A DNA stretch of 63,546 nt, the filler included, from Kipferlia bialata (taxonomy: Eukaryota): NCBI GenBank assembly GCA_003568945.1. It is 7 parts of 6 records of this genome, joined end to end, with 100 filler letters (N's around TTAATTAATTAA, not from the genome) between each part and the next. Parts side by side here need not be neighbours in the genome. Positions count along the whole stretch, not along the records: positions 36,941 to 51,707 come from BDIP01000777.1; 6 more parts are not named here. One strand, 5' to 3'. Below, piece by piece: positions 38,329 through 51,320 of the stretch; position 1 is the stretch's first letter; every line of letters starts with the position of its first letter. Both the position numbers and the translations under genes were made by a program. The notes beneath the pieces were generated by a model, which was given only the letters and a program-made list of their open reading frames with translations, had not been told where the DNA came from and did no database searches.

Positions 38329-38616
38329 TAGGGGAGCACGCAATGACCTCAGAATACTTTGTATGGCACTGCATATTCCTTGGCTACTCTCTAACTGGAG
38401 AGAGATGCCCACTGAACCAATTCTTTAGGAATAGATAACAGTATTTCATTTAGTGGGTCATTCAGAATCTAAATTTCAGGCAATTACTCGCTTTCTATAT
38501 TCAAACATCCGTCCGCCTAGGGACGATCAGACATGCGATGTCACAAGATTTCAGTGCTATTAATAAGTTGAGGAAAAACTCGTTGGCTCAAGTATTTATG
38601 TCTCAGTCACTTATAG

Positions 38617-41600
38617 TCACTTTCTAACACTCTTTACCATCTCCCTCAATGATACGTTCATCTCCAGTAGAATGCGATCCACATTCATACAATGAACGGC
38701 GGCCACAGCGGCTCGAGACAGGGGAACGGTGCAAATAGTGAGACCAAACGCATCCACTAGCCTGAGGAACGGAGGACCCTTCGCCTTGGATCCAGGGGAC
38801 TGAACAGCGGCAAGACATCTGTCACAAAGTGACACCACGGAAGCGTACTGGAGAGAACGCACATGTGTCATAATCCGATGGTATCGCACACCATCACCCA
38901 TCTGTTCATAGAGAGACAACCGGCTAAGACGCAGAGCAAGTGAGTATAAGGCTTCACATACAGCAATCGGACGCAAAATGGAGGGACGAGACCCAACCTT
39001 CCCCTGCTTGCAATACCCTGTGTGTGTGAACTGCAGGTCAGACAAAGCGTTGGAACCTGCACATGTACTGCTGAAAACACCGTGCTCCACAAGATACACC
39101 AAAACGTCATCCGGGCCTCGAGCAAGGCCAAGGGAGCTTCCGAAGGCAGCAATTCTTGTAAGGCGCAGTGCTGCCAATGGAGGAGACAGCGACATGAAGT
39201 CTTTACACCTAATGTTAAGAGAGGCAGTAGTCTGAGAGAGAGTACGATAAACTGATACTGATCCTGTTTCAGGATCATCCTGACACGTGACTACCTTGAA
39301 AGCAACTCGCTAGGAGGAAGGGCCGCAGGATACGATGCGCCAGTGAACAACGGAGATGCGTAGGCCAGGCGCACCAGTGTCACCTCACAGGGTGCATCAA
39401 CAGGACACCCTGGCATTGACTGTGCAACACATGATCGAGCAATCGTCTCATACGGGGACAATTGTCCACAGAACATGGCTGCCGGGTCGACGCAGAGAAG
39501 ACCTAGAAGTACCTGTATTTCGAGCTGTGACAGAGCCGGAATACGATCATCATATACCAATGCACCACTGGGACCATAACCAAGACCCAACCACGAAGCC
39601 GCCAGGAAGCTATGCTCCTCAACCAGCATCTGGCGTACAGAGGGCGGGGGAGTCGGCGGAAGGACGCCACTGTATTCACTCCTTGAGAGTGTTGGGGAAT
39701 CTTGCCCAGTTTTCACACAGACACCAACACCCTGGCCTGATGGAGAAAAGGCAAGAGGAAGATGACACGACCTCTCACCAGGTACAAAAGCCATAAGGCG
39801 GACCTTTGCAGTGGGAAACCTGGAAGACTTGGAATAGGATATCCCGCCTGCATGTCCGAGGCGTCCAAAGACATCAGCACAAGGTGGAAGCAAAGGATCT
39901 TGGTCCGGATGTACGTCGAGGGCAGCCCAAGGAGCCTTCTGCAATGAAACAACAGGTGAAGTGCGTCCCACAGCTGGTTCAGACTCTACCGTCCTGGATT
40001 CTGGAACAGACTCCCTCGGACTCTGCGTGATTTCAGGTGTGTCAGCACCTGATACCACTAACCAGCTATCAAGAGTCTGTACCATAAGACGAATCAATGC
40101 GGCCCCTGCAGCAAAAGAAGTGGCAACAACTGACCCACAGGAGGATACTACAATACCAAGTATGGCTTGCCGGACACGATATGTGTCAAACCAAACCGGC
40201 ACATAGAGGTTACCACCGTATATGTCAGCGCCGCTAGAATGGGAATCGTTCCTGGGCAGAGATGCTACAAGGGACTGGAGGTACACAACAGACACTCTTC
40301 CTCTACACACCCTGCCCAGAAACTCCAAAAAAGGGTTCAGCCTAAAGAGCCGACCAATGTCATTCACAACTGACATCGCTAGGGTCTCTCTAGCTTGCTC
40401 CCGTTTACTGGTCCGAACGGGGGCATCTCTCCCAGGAGGAATAGGCACAGAATCAATGGTGGACAAAGTCGCGGCTCCTGTAACCTGGTGCATGTAGGCT
40501 GCAGCCTTTGAGTATAACTGGTCTGATATGTACCCACGGAGGACAGAACGCAGGAATGAGCCAGAGCTAAATACTCGGACCATCACGCAAGTCGCCAGTC
40601 CGTAGGACACGAAACTCGGGCCAGAAACAGCAAATATGAGGTTGAGTACAACTAGACTGAGCCAGGCAATAGGATTGAGCACATTGCCAGATGCTAGAAG
40701 TGCGACAGCAACCCCTGGAGTGAGTGACAACTATAGTGATAGAACCATTGAATCAGACAGCATCACATACTGGACACACCTGCGAGAGCTCGCTTGTGGA
40801 CAGGCGTGTGGACAGCAACAGTGACTAGACCCACCCTAACGAAGGCAACAACCACACTAACAGCAAGGGCCAGTGTCGTCCGAGCATAGAACAAACCCCA
40901 TGACCGGGGACGAGGGCTGGGTCTGGGAATCATTGCAACAAGAGCTGATACAATCACAAGCAGACAGCTGCCCAGGGTGTGAGCCAACTCAAAGCCACAG
41001 AGAGTCTCTGCCTCAAAGAAGGAATCGGGCGCAATCGAGGTAGGATGTGGGAAAGACACCAGGAAGGCGATGTTCTGAGTCAGCATGCTGGGCGCCACTC
41101 GTAGAATGTCACTCTGAGAGGCGTAACGACAGAGACGGAACCCGTCTAGCAATCCATAGCGAGTCAGAGGTCCAGCCACTGCCAGAGAAAGAGAGAGGAC
41201 TCCAGATAGAAGCTGGGGAAGCGCCGCCAGTAGCAGAACGGGAACCCAGGTATGCACGGGATCTAGCATGAGTACCAGATAACTACGGTGCAGGGTCCTG
41301 CCGACAAGAAGGGTGAATGCCTCTGCTACGGCCAGCGCAATTACAACTCCCATGACCATCAGGCTGGCAACCACTCCGAGACAGTTAAACACCCATGTTA
41401 GTGCAATCAGAGGCAGTGTCACACAAATAGTGTGCAGTATATGGAGCGTGTTCTGCACAGTAGGACTCGGGTTACTCCCAAGAGGCAAGGGCGAAGGAGA
41501 TGACACTGAACCGGGGTGGGACGCAGACATGGAGTAAGATACTGAGGTCGAACAAGATGATGTTCTCTGGAACAACTCTGCAGGTCCGTCCTGCCCTTGA

Positions 41601-43807
41601 GACCCAGCCTCATCAACTACCATCACAGGGACTCTCACACACTGGTGACTACCATCAAGTTTCGTCTCTGGGCCAACATCCCCAGAGTACTCGAAGGGGT
41701 CTTCACCTGTCCTCGGTGGTTGCTCCATCCTGAGCCGGCGTTTCCGAGCACGACGCCTCTTAGCCAGGGACACCTTGGACTCGTTATACTCTGCACCCTC
41801 AGATAGGCGAGGTAACACTCGTGTCACGTCGCGAGGCGAAGATCTGTCTGGATCAGATGAGGGGGAATATCCAGGAGAAGGGGACATCGGGGAAAGTGGC
41901 CTCGGAGTCTCGTTCCTCGGAGAGCGCCGTTTGCTCTCAACATTGTTGCCATTACTTGCATGAATGCCTCTTGGATGGAAGAGTGGACATCCAGCTCTAA
42001 TACAATCCCTGGGTAAGAATTGTCCCTAAACCATCAAAAACCCCTCTCTTACAAGTATACACAAAAAGACAGACTCTTACCTCTCTCTACATATGCCAAG
42101 TCGAAGCCTCGCATCCACATTTCGAGGAACGGACCCCAGGGCTTGACGTACTAGCTCACGGTGAAACTCGGCATCTCCTACAATAGTAGCATCTCTGTCA
42201 TCCTGAATCAGCTCAGGGGTCTGGCGTTGAGAGAAGACGGGAGATTCAGTGGAACTCGGCTCTGGAAATACCGGAATTGCAGAGTGTCCCGAGGGCAGAG
42301 GTGAGGATGAAGGGGATGAGCTCAATATCAGCAGCACTGGAGGGTCCTCCTCCCCAGGTTTGTCAACAGAGTGAGAGGATTCAGATGCCCGGTCCTCCCT
42401 CTCCTCCCTGGAAACATCATTTTCTTCGAAAGACGGTTCCAACCCACACAGAACATGACTATCAAGTGACCCGCCGGAAACGGCCACTCTCTCAACATCG
42501 ATAGCACCTATGACACGTTCTATGGCAGGAGAAGCCTTCACCTGCTCTTCTTGACGACTGATCAGACGCATGGAAGCTGACTGAGCCTCGACATGGCCCT
42601 CAGCTGTTTGCTCCTGAGACCCATATACAGCCACAGTGTCAGACATATTGGATTGTTTTGATGGGCCCCAAAGGGAGCTGGGAAGAGACCCTTCTGGGGA
42701 ATCGTTGGCGACACGAGATACAGAAGATGACCTGACAGAGGCGTCACTTTCGGACTGAGACGCAATGTCAGGCAGTGGTGCAGAGTAAGTGTAGTGACTT
42801 CCTTGGTTCATGCAAGGACTGGTAGTGAAACAACCCTCAGCCCTCGTCATCCCGACTCTTCCATGCCCCACGTGAGAGGGATACAAGTCTCTCTCCGTGG
42901 CAACCCTGGAACTGGAACTATCTACCTTTGCCGGTGGGGTAGGGTGCAGCTCTCGTCCCGCAACAGACCCATCTCGGGAAAGGTGGGACCTGGGGACACT
43001 ATAGTCCCTATACCCATAATCAGGAATACCTGGAGAGTATTGATCACTGATATGGACTGGCATGTGGTATGGGATCTGCTGTCCCTGAGTTTGGTGGGGA
43101 GGAAACCCTGGATGCCTCACGTGCTGCTGTGCCGCGAATTGGCGAGAGTGCATTGAACCGGATTGCGGATACATGTGGTGACTTGGATGCAAGTGGTGCT
43201 GGGGAAGGGAGTGAGAGTGTCCATAGTGCTCTGGAATATGTACACTAGGATGTCCCTCGGTACCAGCATACGACCGTTGCATGTATCCACGAGGAGGTAA
43301 GTCTGGATACGGTACACCCATCCTTTCTCCTGGATACCTTGGTATGGTCTCCCGCGATCCACGAGTTCCCTGAGTATCCCACTCAGGATACAGCAGGTCT
43401 TGGTTGATCTGTTCCACCTCCCGAGTGGAAGCAGCAGAATGGGTATGGCGAGCTTCATAAAACCCATCGCCATAACTTGGAAGACGAGATACATGAGACC
43501 TCCTTTCACCAACTGAAGGAAGTGGTCTCGGGGGTGGCGCAGACTGGCGTGACACATCAACACTACTACGGCCGGAATGGCTCTCCGAGGGTACAAATGG
43601 ATTTGCAAGTTCGAGGTATGGATAGGAGGGCATGGGTGAGAAAGGATCTATGGGCAGGGCATTCCCAAAGAATGGGTCTCTCTCACTGGCTTCGCCCTCC
43701 GCGGTGCCAAAGAAAGGATCTCTGTCACCAGTCTCGGCTGCAGCATCGTCTTCGTTCAGAAAGGCGGGCAAAGACAGAGAGATGCTCTGAAAGAGGTTGT
43801 TCTCCAT
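38617..43807 (-). CDS. Large (about 1600 aa) unknown protein: disordered N-terminus, CCCH-type zinc finger, multiple TM helices, C-terminal globular region
   Basis: ORFs of 576, 374, 479 and 192 aa separated by short GT-AG introns. The first junction gives GICRERDCIRAGCPLFHP in frame with the next ORF. Hydrophobic segments at about 41450-40560. Last junction not fully resolved. Confidence 0.7.
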
Positions 43808-44297
43808 GTATTTCTGTCGCGATGATCTACCTACCAGTCTCCAACTGCCTGATTATCCCCTCACCAGAACTAGCCGTTCACTACGCCCAATTCAGCTCCC
43901 TAAAGCAATTCTGCTTTAGTTCAAAGAGTGGCACTGGACTGATACCGATTTCGAGACTTGTAACATAATTTCATTTAGTTATTATTTAGTAGATCAAATT
44001 AGACTAGGCCTACTATTCTCGTAAAACTGATGGTAATATTTGAGTTCTATGTGGTTCGGTGACTTTTGAACAGACAATCCGTTTTTAACCACACCTTATA
44101 TCATCTAGGCCTAATGAGAATTAGGCCCCGCTCCTGACTCATCCAATATTCATCACAATTTGAGTATATGAATCCAGTAATATCTTAGTAATTTAAGAAC
44201 TTTAGATTAACTATTTATAATTAGTATTAAGCTTAATACTGACACAGGCAATTCAGCTTAATACTGAGGACACAGAGCAATTCTCTTCACCATTAGT

Positions 44298-46147
44298 ATG
44301 GATGTGTCTGATGATCAAGCAAACGACCGTGTTGAGCATATTTTGAGGCGACTAGAGCCTCTTGCAGACCTTGCCAAGAACTGGGTAAGATATCGTTCAT
44401 TGGTTTGTTTGGCAATTCGATGGTTTGGGGCTGCACTCATCTATCAGGATATTGAAATCTCAGACTTGCTATCAGAGTTTCTCGAGACCACTCTCCACTA
44501 CACAGGCAGTTTCCATAGCGCTGCCAGTGTAGTGACCCGCAGTGCCAATGTATATGGGAAGAAGGTGGATGCTCTCTATGCTACAGCACTCAGCAGGGTC
44601 AAACAAGTGGCCGAGGACTCCAGGTAGATTCCTGATAACTTGATGGATAGTACCGCCATGTCTCCGTTTACAGTGCGAAGAAAATATATATGTATAACGT
44701 CAGGGACCCACGTTCAAAGTCAAGAGATTCATGCAGAGATCAGCGTCTTGGGTGTGATTTGTGTGGGGTAATGGTTTCGCTCGAAGCAACTGTGAGGAAC
44801 CCTGCTGTGGTTGATTCTTCCGCCACGACGACGAGAGACTATCATACTATCAGTCGTCCAGCCTCTCTCGAGTCTTGCCCCCTATCAGCATTAGCCACTG
44901 CAGAGGGAGCATGGGTACTGGAGCATTGGGAGCAGGGGTCTCTTGAAGATGCCCTCCGAGGCATGGGAGGGGCAAGACCCAGCGTTTCATCTACTCCAGG
45001 ACTCACTCCTCGTACCCAGAGACCTAATTCCCTGGGGGGTGCTACACCTAGGGCTCCTCTCGGGCGCCTTGGAATGAGTGCGGATCTGGGTTCTATGCAG
45101 GACTTTGACCTCGGCATCCCAGATACGTTCAATGACATGCAGGGTGATGTGTTGGGCGTTGAGACAGGGTTCGGTTCGGTAGAGGATCCTGTGGGTAGTG
45201 TTGGTGGAGATAGAAGTGACTGGTTGCCTCCCCTAATCCGCAAGGACACGCTTTTGGTTTTGAGTGGTGAGGGTCAGAGACCAGTGCCGCCCCAGTTCGT
45301 AAGATCAAAGGGGAGACCTGTCGTGTCACGACAAGTTTGCTTCTCTTCTATCATCAGCTGTGGCACATCGTCCAGACTTTCTGGGTTCGATCCCTTGGTC
45401 ACAGCCGCTGTGTATGGATGCTCTTCATATACGCCCCTTGTATCAACTGTGCAGAAGCTTAGATCTAGTTCTATGTGCAGGATAAGGCAAAGTCGAGTCA
45501 TTCCCGACCAGCTCCAGTCTGACGAGACAGATATATACTCTCCTGCATCAGTGTATGTTGGAGGTGGTGCTCTCGGAACTGAATCATCGGTCCAGATGGA
45601 CGATGTTTCTGGTTCTGGATCCGATTGGTTGGGAGACTCAGATGAGGGTGGGGGAGGTGACTTGTCCTTGGATATGGTTGAAGATGTTTCATACTCATCC
45701 ATTCATTCTCGCGTTCTCTCAAGGTACGCTGCAGTTCGTCGAGCTGCAAAAGCGCAATCTGGAGAGTCAGCCTCATTCGCCCACTGGCGGGATACAATAG
45801 CCGCTCATGTACTGGAGGTTAGGTCTTGGCCAGTGTATAAGGTTGACCATTCGACCAACACCATTCTACAGCATATGAGACGCTCTGGGATGGGGAAGGA
45901 GAACGGAACAGGGCTGAAGCGGAAGCGATGCTTGGATGCCGAGCCGTCTCCAGTGCTTTTTCAGGATGTGGTAGCCAGCCACTCCGCTTCTGGGGCAGCG
46001 GCTGCAATCCGGTGTCTGTTTACTGTTCTCCAGATGGCTAATGACAATATTGTTGAGATATTGGGAACAGGTAGTACTCTCTCTTTGAGATTGGCTGATG
46101 GTTCTGAGGTCCCAGACGACAATTCTGTACTTGACGATGGGATATGA
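44298..46147 (+). CDS. NCAPH2: Condensin II kleisin subunit CAP-H2
   Basis: LEPLADLAKNW|DIEISDLLSEFLE...FHSAASVVTRSANVYGKKVDALY and C-terminal WRDTI...FQDVV...RCLFTVLQMANDNIVEI match both CAP-H2 conserved domains. Introns 44385-44447 and 44624-44703. Confidence 0.88.
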
Positions 46148-46199
46148 TCTTGTGGTAGAGGTGAGGATTAGCGATTTATATAAACTGTCTGACAGACGG

Positions 46200-48157
46200 C
46201 ATGAAATAGAATGGTCTCTATGAGTCTATGCCTCAGTTGGCAAACGCAATTGCATCATGATGGCCTCTCAGTAGATGAGGGTATCACTGGCTTGTGACGG
46301 ATTGGCATGGTGCCCCCGATTAGATGGCTGAGTAGAAAGTACATCCTTCGATGTCAGGAGGGGTAATAATAGACTTCCTCAATGCCAGGGCTCTTTGAAT
46401 CACAAATCTACTTTACTTAAGTACTCGTCGTGGTCGTGTAGTAATACCACTGGATTTGAATAGGAATACATGAAGGATGGTATATTTAATGATGACCCTT
46501 ACACAATAAGCATAATCCAGACCTTATTAGTATACACTTCAACTACTCTATACGACAGTTAAAGAGTCGGTACCATTGACAGTTCAGAACAATTCGTGAC
46601 ATCTGAATCTGAAGTATGATTGATTTCGTATGTCGAAACGCCGTCTGTCCTACTTCGGATCAAGTAGGTAATGGAACAACAGTATCTGCAATCTTGGCAA
46701 GCCAAGGTCTTAGCTCACCTCTAAGGCTGAGCAATAGTTTCTCACATTCGGTCACAGACCAGCACAGTCTGATGTGAGAACTACTAAGTAGAAGATGCCA
46801 GTCCAGCTTCCCACCTCGAGTCTACCCCCGCGACATGTTTGAGAAAGGCCAGACCCTCTGGTCCAGGGAAGAGGCCTCGATTATTGGTGCGGAAGATAAG
46901 TGCATATCTGTTTGCCCTATACTAAGGAGAGAAATACAGAAACGACAACCTTCAGGATATGTCTACTAGAATGATACCACTCATCAAATACCACTCATAC
47001 CCACCTCCCCTGTAGAGTGATGCCGAGACTATAGAAGTATGTCTGAGCCCGATCCCCAGATATCCGCTCCCCCGCATCTGCGGCTTGCCTCTGAGAGAAC
47101 CTTGACAGTCTAATACCACATAGAGTCTGCACTACATGCACCGCCATAATAGAGTCCAGACACACCTTAGGGTCAGAAAAGAAAATGGAAACATATGGGT
47201 GTCTGAGCGGACAGCATAAGAAAGGATCTCATACCGCATTCATTGGAACACTGGAAGGAGAAAGGGACACCGTTGCAGGTATAGTGCCCATATCAGTTAT
47301 CCCAATACTAAACCACTGCAGAGGCGGCACTAGGCTGTGAGTGTTGCAAGAAAACTGGAAGGATATTCTCCTAACAAAGAGGCTGGCAGGCAGGACCACC
47401 AAGGGAGCCGAAACGAGCATTAACCCCGAGAGCACGAGTCCTTTCGTGTTGTTGGTATTGTTCACAAACTCAAAAGGAGGGTCGACCATGATGCAGAAAC
47501 ACAAGCTCCCTATGGATAAGGAAAAGGGGAAAAGAAAGATAGGCTCTTATGACTGAGATGATCGGTCCACGGCTTCTGACGCACACACAAGGCACGTGAA
47601 ATTACTATTAATGTCAATACATAGAAACACCTATACCTGCAAGAAGTGGTACAACCCCAACCAGGCTGGACATAGCCAAAGCAGTAAGGGTAACTGGTGT
47701 AAACAGCACGCCATTCTGCACTGGCCTACAGACAGTCCTGTAGTAAGAAGAGCCTGTCACCCCAGCAAACTCTAAGCGTATCCTACCTTCCTTCTCGATA
47801 AGCTCTGATGCCAAGGTTGGTGAGGACAGTGAGTACAAGAATAAGTGAAGTGGGGACCACAACAGTAGCCACAATTGCCAGCAAGTACGATGACGCAGAG
47901 GCATTCCCGTCAGAGTGCGGCAAAAATGATATGAACGAGATGAGACCAGCTAGAGCAATGAGCACTCCAGTGTACACAGGGCTTGGACCTGAATGTATTA
48001 CGTCCAAGAGTGGCGAAGGAATTGCTTGTACCTCCCACACTGGCAGCGTGGGTAAACGAAAGAGTCTGGGCGTTTGTTGCGTCGTTGGGTACACACTATC
48101 CCTCTGATACGACATCGGGATTGATACGACAAAGATCTGTGGAAGGGGGTCGAGCAA
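46200..48157 (-). pseudogene. Degraded membrane-protein gene fragments, possibly an ABCA-type transporter
   Basis: TM-like stretches broken by frameshifts and stops; LIEKEGRIRLEFAGV..SSYY resembles the ABCA v.EKE.r.k....G.....yw motif. Abuts the transposon end at 48159. Confidence 0.25.
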
Positions 48158-48172
48158 TTACTAGGCCTAGTA

Positions 48173-49111
48173 GGGTGTGGTTCAAATTTTGAACTGAGTT
48201 CAAAACTCTGAGACTTCGTCAAAAGGTATTATTAATACCGTATTAATAAGCCTTAGATCTATGGGAGACTCATGCAAAACGACTTTTATTCAAACCCTGG
48301 CCTCAAACCTGAGCTGCCTCCTCAGCCTCTCTTCTGCAGCGCGCTTGTCACGAATCTGTTCATACAAGATCCTGGTCTGCTCCTTGTGGTCCTTGACGGA
48401 CATGGGCTGCACGTTCTTGAGGCAGGTGGGGCAGACGTGGACACCCAGGATGGCAATGGCGATGGCAACATTGTTCTTCTTGGTGTCGAAGGCGTCCTTG
48501 TCGTACTCAGGCACCTCCTTCCTGGTGTTCTTGGAGGCGTCATAGACGATCTGATGCTGCTCAGCAAGGCCGTGGGGCTTGATGTAGGCCATCCTGACCT
48601 CTCTCAGATAGGTGATGTCATCGACCTCCACCTCGCAGTTGGAGAGGTCCCTGTCGAAACCAGCCTTCCTCCAGGCAGTCTTGGTCACTGCGCTGTTGGC
48701 ATTGGCCATGCCGATGGCGCGGACAGAGGCAATCACCTTCTTCTCATACTCAGGCAAGGGTTGTGCTCGCAACGGTCATACATCCGGTGGAACTCGGCGT
48801 TGAAGCCGAGGTCAAGGGGCTGCGTGATGTGGGGGGAGTGGGCTGGCAGCAGGGTGAGTGAGATGCCATGGGTGGACAGGTAGTGGACCACAGCGTCGGT
48901 CTTGTGAGTACCGTGTCCATCCCATATCACCTCTGCAACATCGTCCTCACACCTGTACTTCTTCTTGACAGAGTCAATAAATGGTACGAGGTGCTCCTCA
49001 GCCCACAGGCTAAGGGATGCGGTGGTGATGAAGCCTTCCCACAGCTGACACCTAGAATAGATGAATTAGTGATATATATAGGAGAATATTAGATATAATG
49101 ATTGGCCCAGA
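48173..49111 (-). mobile_element. pogo/Tigger-like DDE transposase remnant (frameshifted, 5' truncated)
   Basis: GFITTASLSLWAEEHLVPF..VIWDGHGTH..LLPAHSPHITQPLDLGFN (DDE_1 motifs), then after a frameshift near 48770 AVTKTAWRKAGF; stop at 48290. TA|GGGTGTGGTTCAAA is a possible TIR start. Confidence 0.85.
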
Positions 49112-49830
49112 TACTAGGCCTAGTAGTACTTAGTAGAGTACTTAGTAGAGTACTTAGTATGTGAGTCATAATGTGACACATACCTATGTGTCCTAAATTA
49201 GGAAAATGATAAATTAGTAGGCCTAGTGAGTCCACTGTCACATTTATACCATTTATTATATTATCTATTATATAATTTATTATGTCCTAAACTGTCCTAA
49301 ATTAGGACTCCTCTAAATTAGCGTAGGACCTAATGATTTGATCTAATAATATGGTATCTAATAAGCTTAATGGGGTAATAAGCTTAACACTTAATACCAT
49401 AGAGTCCATGAGTACCCAAAAATCTAAGAAATCCTTGAAGAATTATGGACAATCTATTCAAACATATAAACCAGCAGAGGACCTCTGCAAGTCTGTGTTC
49501 CCCAACACCAATGACAACAGGAAGTTGAGGTTCCTGAAGTCCATGATCAAGGTGTGGCAGAGCTACTAGTTTCCTCGCAAGTAGATCTAAGCCCTATGTG
49601 AAACTATCTATTATACTACTATTAATTCTAGTATTATCTCTGATTTAGGTGAATGAGCATGAGATTTAATTCTATTTCTGTTGCTTTTGGCCCATAAACT
49701 CCAAGTTACCGTAGCCTAATTAAGCATATTAAGTTAATAGAATAGACTAATTCCTGGTGCTCCTGGACATATTACATTCTCGCATTCTCTTCTTGGACCT
49801 CCTTGGGAGTTTCAATTTGGGAGGAGCACG

Positions 49831-51320
49831 ATGGCATCGGTGGAGCGATTCCGACAGACAGGTGACGTGGCGGGAGATGTTTCTCCTGAGTCACTTCCTT
49901 TCTCGTTGGTTTGTATCACAGAGTACGCAATCATAGCTATACACATTGCGGTATCTTCATACATTTCTCAACACAGGATTTTGACGCTCTTTGGGGATAT
50001 ATGGGGTCAAAGGTGTAATAGGGTTCATCACAAGCGTAGTCTCTCCCGGATGCTTGTGTTCTTTAGTGTGGTCTCTTGCCTCCAAGTGTTTTTGATTCTA
50101 TCACTTGTGCAAGTGTTTTGCCCGTCTTCTTTGACTGGTTCCATCTATGTTGGCCATGAACTACAACCATGCTATCAGGAATTAGATGTGGAGCATCTGT
50201 CAGTGAATTGCACCCCCGATATTTGTACAGTAATTCCGTGCCCATCGCAAGGACCGTTGTCCATACCATCATTAGTGTACCACAACCCAGCGCTGCTTCT
50301 CAACGGCTTGTTGAATGTTGTCTATTATGCCGCTGAGGTGAGTCTTTACGCTGAGCCACTGGGGATTGTGTTCATTGTGATGGCAACTCTGGCCTCTTCG
50401 TTTGTTATTACCCCTGTACAACGTATTTTGGGACTACCTGTCTCCCAAAGGATTCCTCTATGGGTGTACGCGCTTGGAATTGGAGGAGCCGTTCTCAGTG
50501 TTGCAGATTGGGGACTGTTGTTCGGGAATGGATTTCTTCATGGTCCACAGTTGACCACTGGACCTCGTAGAGTACATTCTGTAGTTCGCGTATGTGTGGC
50601 ATTCTGTGCTCTGGTATTCGTTGAGGCCATGTACTTTGTGGTCCAGGTATGCAGTACGTATTCTTTTCACTCTACAAGTGCAAACATCAGGTGTTCTTTG
50701 AGGAGACGGACAGAGTATCTGTGTGGGGATACACCTCCGTGGACCAGTGTCTTCTTCCCGTGTACCTCTATGCTTCATTACTGGCGTGTTATTTCAGTGA
50801 TACTGCCAGAGAGGCTGTATCCAAGTCGGTAGTCTCAGATGCAGACTCTGAGTGTGATTCCCTCGTGGAAGCCCCTCTTCTGCGTGCCCCATTCAAAGGA
50901 TCATCTGTCCGTTTACCGCCATCGGAGCCTTTGGTATATCCTCGGAAGAAGGGTATCACGTATGATGATACTGCCCGGTTGAGAGGGTTTAAGGGTGCTC
51001 TCTGTCGGTTCTGGGCCGACATTAATGCTGCATTTCGTGAGGGCAGCATGTTTGATACCTTTATGTATCGCCTCTTCATGAATGTAAAGGCCATTCTTTA
51101 CGCCTACTTCGCCATCATGTATGACACTAACATGGTGTACATGCAACTTAACCTGATGCGTACCATGCTATCCTGGGTGGGGTCTCTATGCCTTGCCACA
51201 ATTTTTCCAAGAGTCACCCATGTGAGTGGCCTTGAACAACGTCGCATGCTTACTCCTGTCTACCTCTTACCCAAGTGTCTTGGGTCTGTGTTAGTGTGTC
51301 TGGCTCTCTATTGGTTCTAG
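49831..51320 (+). CDS. Multipass membrane protein, DMT/CRT-like transporter architecture, 481 aa
   Basis: Two exons (49831-50646, 50691-51320) joined by a 44-nt GT-AG intron, in frame; about 9-10 hydrophobic segments. Confidence 0.65.

Noticed and set aside
44081..44098. TIR-like TTTTTAACCACACCT|TA pairing with 48171
   Set aside because: The two ends face outward, so they cannot bound one element; at most a solo related end.
49351..49569. 72-aa ORF next to the transposase remnant
   Set aside because: Too short with no motif; may be a repeat-derived fragment.
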